Shown: positions 62,169 to 64,000 of the stretch, piece after piece
How positions within the stretch are numbered: position 1 is the stretch's first letter
How the letters are laid out: the number at the start of each line of letters is the position of its first letter
DNA from: the human T2T-CHM13v2.0 reference genome, Homo sapiens
Length of the DNA: 64,000 bases
Strand: one strand, 5' to 3'
Assembly: GCF_009914755.1 (NCBI RefSeq)
Contig: NC_060948.1
Position numbers and translations under genes: made by a program
The notes under the pieces: generated by a model
Databases searched by the model: none
What the model was told of the DNA's origin: nothing
The model's input: the letters and a program-made list of their open reading frames with translations, nothing else

Positions 62169-62927
62169 CTAGAATCAAGTCTACATGAAAAGGATTGATA
62201 ATTCCGTCTAAGCCAGAATTTAGAGAAGGAAGACAAAAACTGTACTTTGTTAATCAAAATGAATAGAATTCTGACCATGCATGTGGTAAATAATATTAAC
62301 ATGTGTCAGCCATTTCAAGTTTGACTGGATAGACTTGTGCACTACCTCTCTCCATAGATGTTTAAATGTAGAAACATAATCTGAAAATTTTAGGATGATT
62401 TCATTTAGTTTTGCTAAAATGTCCATCTCTTAATCTTGTTTCAACTTTGAGATGTGGTCTTGCAGCATTGGTACAATTATGCTCTCTTCATATGCAAAAT
62501 TAATGTCATTTTTTACTATAGATATTTTAAATGTTTCACTTGAGACCACAGTCTAATTTTAAAAAGAATACTTATTTATAATTATGTAGCTTCCTTTACA
62601 TAGTTAGTATTATCTTTGTTTACTTCATGTACATGTCAAAAAAACCTCATGACTTATTAAGAATTCTATTGTTTACTTGAATATATTGGGCCAATAAAAT
62701 TAATAAACTCAATTATGTCATTTTTATAGAGTAAAATAGACAACAACTAAACAAATATTGGCTTATTGGATTAAATAGAATTCTATAATTGAAAAATGTA
62801 AAATGTACAAAATAAATAACATATACACACTATAAAATTACTCACATGTGAAAATTATTTTCTGAAAAGCATTAAATTTTATCTAAGTCACTTTCATAAT
62901 TTCTGAGGGGAGTGTAGAAAGAATGCC

Positions 62928-63254
62928 TTTTTGTTTGTTTGTTTGTTTGTTTGTTTGTTTGTTTGTTTTTTGAGATGAAGTTTCACTTCATTGCCCAGGC
63001 TGGAGTGCAATGGCACCATCTTGGATCACTTTAATGTTTGTCCCCTGAGTTAAAGTGATTCTCCATTACTCAGCCCCCTGAGTAGCTGGGATTACAGGAG
63101 CCCAACATCATGGCCAGATAATTTTTGTAATTTTAGTAGAGACAACGTTTCACCATGTTGGCCAGGCTGGTCTCAAACTCCTGATCTCTGGAGATCTACC
63201 TGGCTTGGCTGCCCAAAGTGCTGGAATTTCAGGCATGAGCCACCAAGTCCAGCC
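62928..63254 (-). mobile_element. AluS-like SINE with (TTTG)n tail
   Basis: TGAGATGAAGTTTCACTTCATTGCCCAGGCTGGAGTGCAATGGC...; flanks AAAGAATGCCTTTT and AAAGAGTGTTTT resemble a target duplication. Confidence 0.92.
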
Positions 63255-63259
63255 CAAAG

Positions 63260-64000
63260 AGTGTTTTATGAAATTAGATGAAAAAATTATATATTATATT
63301 TAGGGTGAGCAACAGGCAAACATACAAAAAAAGAGAAAAATTTGCAGAAGATTATTCTAAGCCACTAGCAATAACACTTTACATCATGGAGTTTAATACA
63401 AAGCAGAGAAAATAGATTTGCTTTGAAAATCTTTGAAGTTTCTGGTTTGTTGGTAAGATATGAACACTTGTAAAATTATCTGTTTTATTCTAATATTTTT
63501 CTTTTCTTCTCAATGTAAGCAATGATAAACAAATATGATTATTTTCTATCAATTTATTACATGCCTAAAGTTTATTTTACAGTAATATGCTTCTTATATT
63601 TAAATTCATGTAAATCAAAACTAAAGTTCTGTATGTGTTTATCAGAGCAGAGATGTCATATATTTAATAGAACAAAAGTAGGATAAAAGTTGTAAATAGT
63701 TGTTTAGTATTCAGAAACATATAGCTCCATTATACTAATTTATATCTTCATTACCACCATCATAATAAGCTGTAGTTACAAAGAAAACAAAAATATAAGT
63801 TTTAAGAAATATACTTTCCAAATTATTTTAAGTTAAAAAACACTGACAACACAAAAACATTACTAGAGATGTTATTCCCCTGTCCCCAAGTAGCATATTG
63901 TTACCATCTGTTACCTATAGCCTTGGTTAATATGGGATAACTTAACATCGGTGGCAAGATACACATTCAATGTACAATAGCTTTAACATGATAACAACAA
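63260..64000 (-). other. Possible distal 3'UTR of a ZNF91-subfamily KRAB-ZNF (pseudo)gene lying beyond the window
   Basis: Minus strand CATGTTAAAGCTATTGTACATTGAATG...TAGGTAACAGATGGTAACAATATGCTACTTGG...AACATCTCTAGTAAT resembles ZNF91-family 3'UTRs from memory only; no zinc-finger codons in the window. Confidence 0.35.

Larger units (their letters stand above)
46860..62273 (-). pseudogene. TRIM60P: TRIM60 pseudogene, C-terminal linker and PRY-SPRY part only, in four pieces (62273-62171, 61868-61478, 57176-57064, 46902-46860); extra copy of the C-terminus at 46637-46783
   Basis: Hand translation of the minus strand: [28 protein letters not shown] / LIVSEDRKAV..RRFYLCPAVLDSQ..RHY*KVEVGN..CQDCLLRN*QDQP..WAIG*YIKSGY..KYEF / [20 protein letters not shown]. 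This is collinear with human TRIM60 as recalled (LTKYGFSLPPQYSGLDRIIKPFQVDVIL..VSEDRKAV..CQDCLLRNWQDQP..FNDCFTEAVWPYFYT..SDSER). Several stops and frameshifts. Confidence 0.88.

Overview
This is primate (human-like) non-genic DNA with no intact protein-coding gene, in three compartments. (1) 1-~19.76 kb is ordinary intron-like or intergenic sequence with ancient repeats (MIR, L2, MER6, MER5, MER58, MaLR LTRs, old L1) and Alus. (2) ~19.77-42.87 kb is a 23-kb diverged beta-satellite (68-bp monomer) array with ~5-6.5-kb units, an ~11-kb super-period and one AluY insertion. (3) ~42.9-64 kb holds a 5'-truncated minus-strand TRIM60 pseudogene (PRY-SPRY half) broken by an Alu, a 5'-inverted (twin-primed) L1PA, a 223-bp tandem duplication and a near-complete, defective 10.2-kb HERV-T/HERV-S71 provirus (LTR-gag-pro-pol-env-LTR, tRNA-Thr PBS, ATTAA target duplication). 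The junctions give the order TRIM60P > L1 > duplication > HERV-T. Beta satellite plus TRIM60P plus a possible ZNF 3'UTR suggests the Y ampliconic regions or the chr7q11-type ZNF clusters (inference). I found no convincing new biological system. Family assignments are from recalled consensus sequences, and old-repeat boundaries are approximate.
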